Assembly (NCBI GenBank): GCA_035084275.1
Contig: JAYJKW010000046.1
Location: 62,001 to 110,760 of the forward strand
Source: Hydrolagus colliei
Taxonomy: Eukaryota
DNA: 48,760 nucleotides
Reading direction: 5' to 3'
A model generated the notes under the pieces. It ran no database searches. It had not been told where the DNA came from and worked only from the letters and a program-made list of their open reading frames with translations. A program made the position numbers and the translations under genes. Shown here piece after piece: positions 47,416 through 48,760 of this stretch (positions within the stretch are counted from its first letter, which is position 1; each line of letters opens with the position of its first letter).

Positions 47416-48760
47416 TAATGTCACATGTTACATTTTAATTTATATGAATTATTTCATTATAATTATATTATTCGTATTATTGCTGGTATATTTTCGGTGG
47501 TTAGTGACTGCACAGCTGAAGTCACACTGACAGACTTCCTGTGATGTCTGATCGTGGTGATGCCGTCTGCTGATTGTGGGGGTACGATGGGGTCGGGAAT
47601 TGTATAAATACGTTTGAAACTTTTGCCGCGTGTTGGGAATCAGGGCCTGAATGTTGTGGGATGAGCGAGTGGCAGCCTGTCTGATCGGTTCCAATCGGAA
47701 TTTCAATCGGTTGTTTAATAGGAAGGAAAGAGGCTTGACCGAGGGAGAGGGGGGGAGACTGGGGTGGTGGTGGGGGAGACTGAGATTCAAGTGGGTTTAC
47801 ACTGCTGGGATATCATTGAAAATACAGTCACTAAAACTGCTTGGATATTACAATAATATAATAATTTTCAAATCTTATCGACTGTGTCTCAAAGTGCTTC
47901 ACAGAATAGACTGTCAAGTGTAGTCACTGTATATTTGTGGGAGAGTGAAACACGGCAGCCAATTGCGCACAGCAGCGTCCCCCACACACTATCGTGGATT
48001 GAAAATCACAATTTTTATTATTGTGGTTTCTTTTGGAGGGATGACTATAGGTGTCTATGTGTGTGTCTGTCTGTGTGTGTGTGTGTCTGTGACTATGTGT
48101 ATGTATGTGTGTCTGTGACTATGTGTGTGTGGAGCAAGCAAACTTGGCCCCAGGTCTTGCCCTGACCTGATCTGCCTGGATTCGAACACCGGTCTTGCGC
48201 TTGCGAGGCGAGTGAGTGTCTCTAACCACTGAGCTTCAGGAGCTCAGAATTTCATTTCAATTTGATTTTCACTGCAATTGAGTGACACTTCCTCACAGCG
48301 CACAGTAGACACTAGAGGCCGTTGCTGCTCTACAATCATCTGGTTCCTGTTTCACACAAACTGATCGGCGGAGAAAACACACACAGATCTGATTTCAATC
48401 GAACACACAGCGTAAACTCTGTATAAGAGATCCAGGTGTTAGTAATGAGAACAATCCTTGCGTTAGACGTGGCGGCTTTTCACATCCGATCGACTGTGTC
48501 TCAAAGCGCTTCACAGAATAGACTGTCAATTGAAGTGATTGTATGTTTGTGGGCGAAACGCAGATTGAAGGCTCCGTGTTGTGACGTGGAAGGACAGAGT
48601 GTGAGCTGGCTGGCCAGTCACCGAGAGCGAGAGAAAGGGACACAGAGAGAGAGAGAGAGAGAGAGAGGGAGATAGAGCATCAGGCTGAGAGAAGGAGAGT
48701 GTTGAGTAACCTGTGGGTTATTGGACGGAAACAGTTTGCGTTTGAGATGTCAGGGTTCAA

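Overview
Vertebrate genomic DNA (scaffold with many N gaps) holding a tandem array of cartilaginous-fish-type immunoglobulin mu heavy-chain miniloci, all on the + strand. Each unit is promoter - leader - VH - 23RSS / 12RSS-D1-22RSS / 12RSS-D2-12RSS / 23RSS-JH - CH1 - CH2 - CH3 - CH4+secretory tail - TM1 - TM2. Three clusters are complete (leader ATGs at 3334, 17142, 31134). A fourth (ATG 44727) has a frameshifted V and a 5'-shortened J, and its C exons lie beyond the window. The window opens on the TM poly(A) region of a preceding fifth unit. The repeat period is only about 13.6-14.0 kb. The V-D-D-J-C cluster layout, RSS spacer pattern and tailpiece GKPSFVNLSLVLMDNANGCQ identify chondrichthyan IgM; a holocephalan (chimaera) origin is my inference and is not verified. 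Introns and spacers are built from tRNA-derived SINEs, L2-tailed SINE relics, CR1 and L2 LINE 3' ends and CA/TG microsatellites, which explains nearly all other ORFs in the track. Most interesting points: very tight head-to-tail clustering that makes RSSs compatible between clusters, a CH1-diverged cluster with a new cysteine pair, a chimeric cluster, a J-C intron array that keeps a 7-bp period while its sequence turns over, a hairpin over the secretory poly(A) signal, retroposon-derived splice acceptors, and a palindromic inter-cluster spacer.
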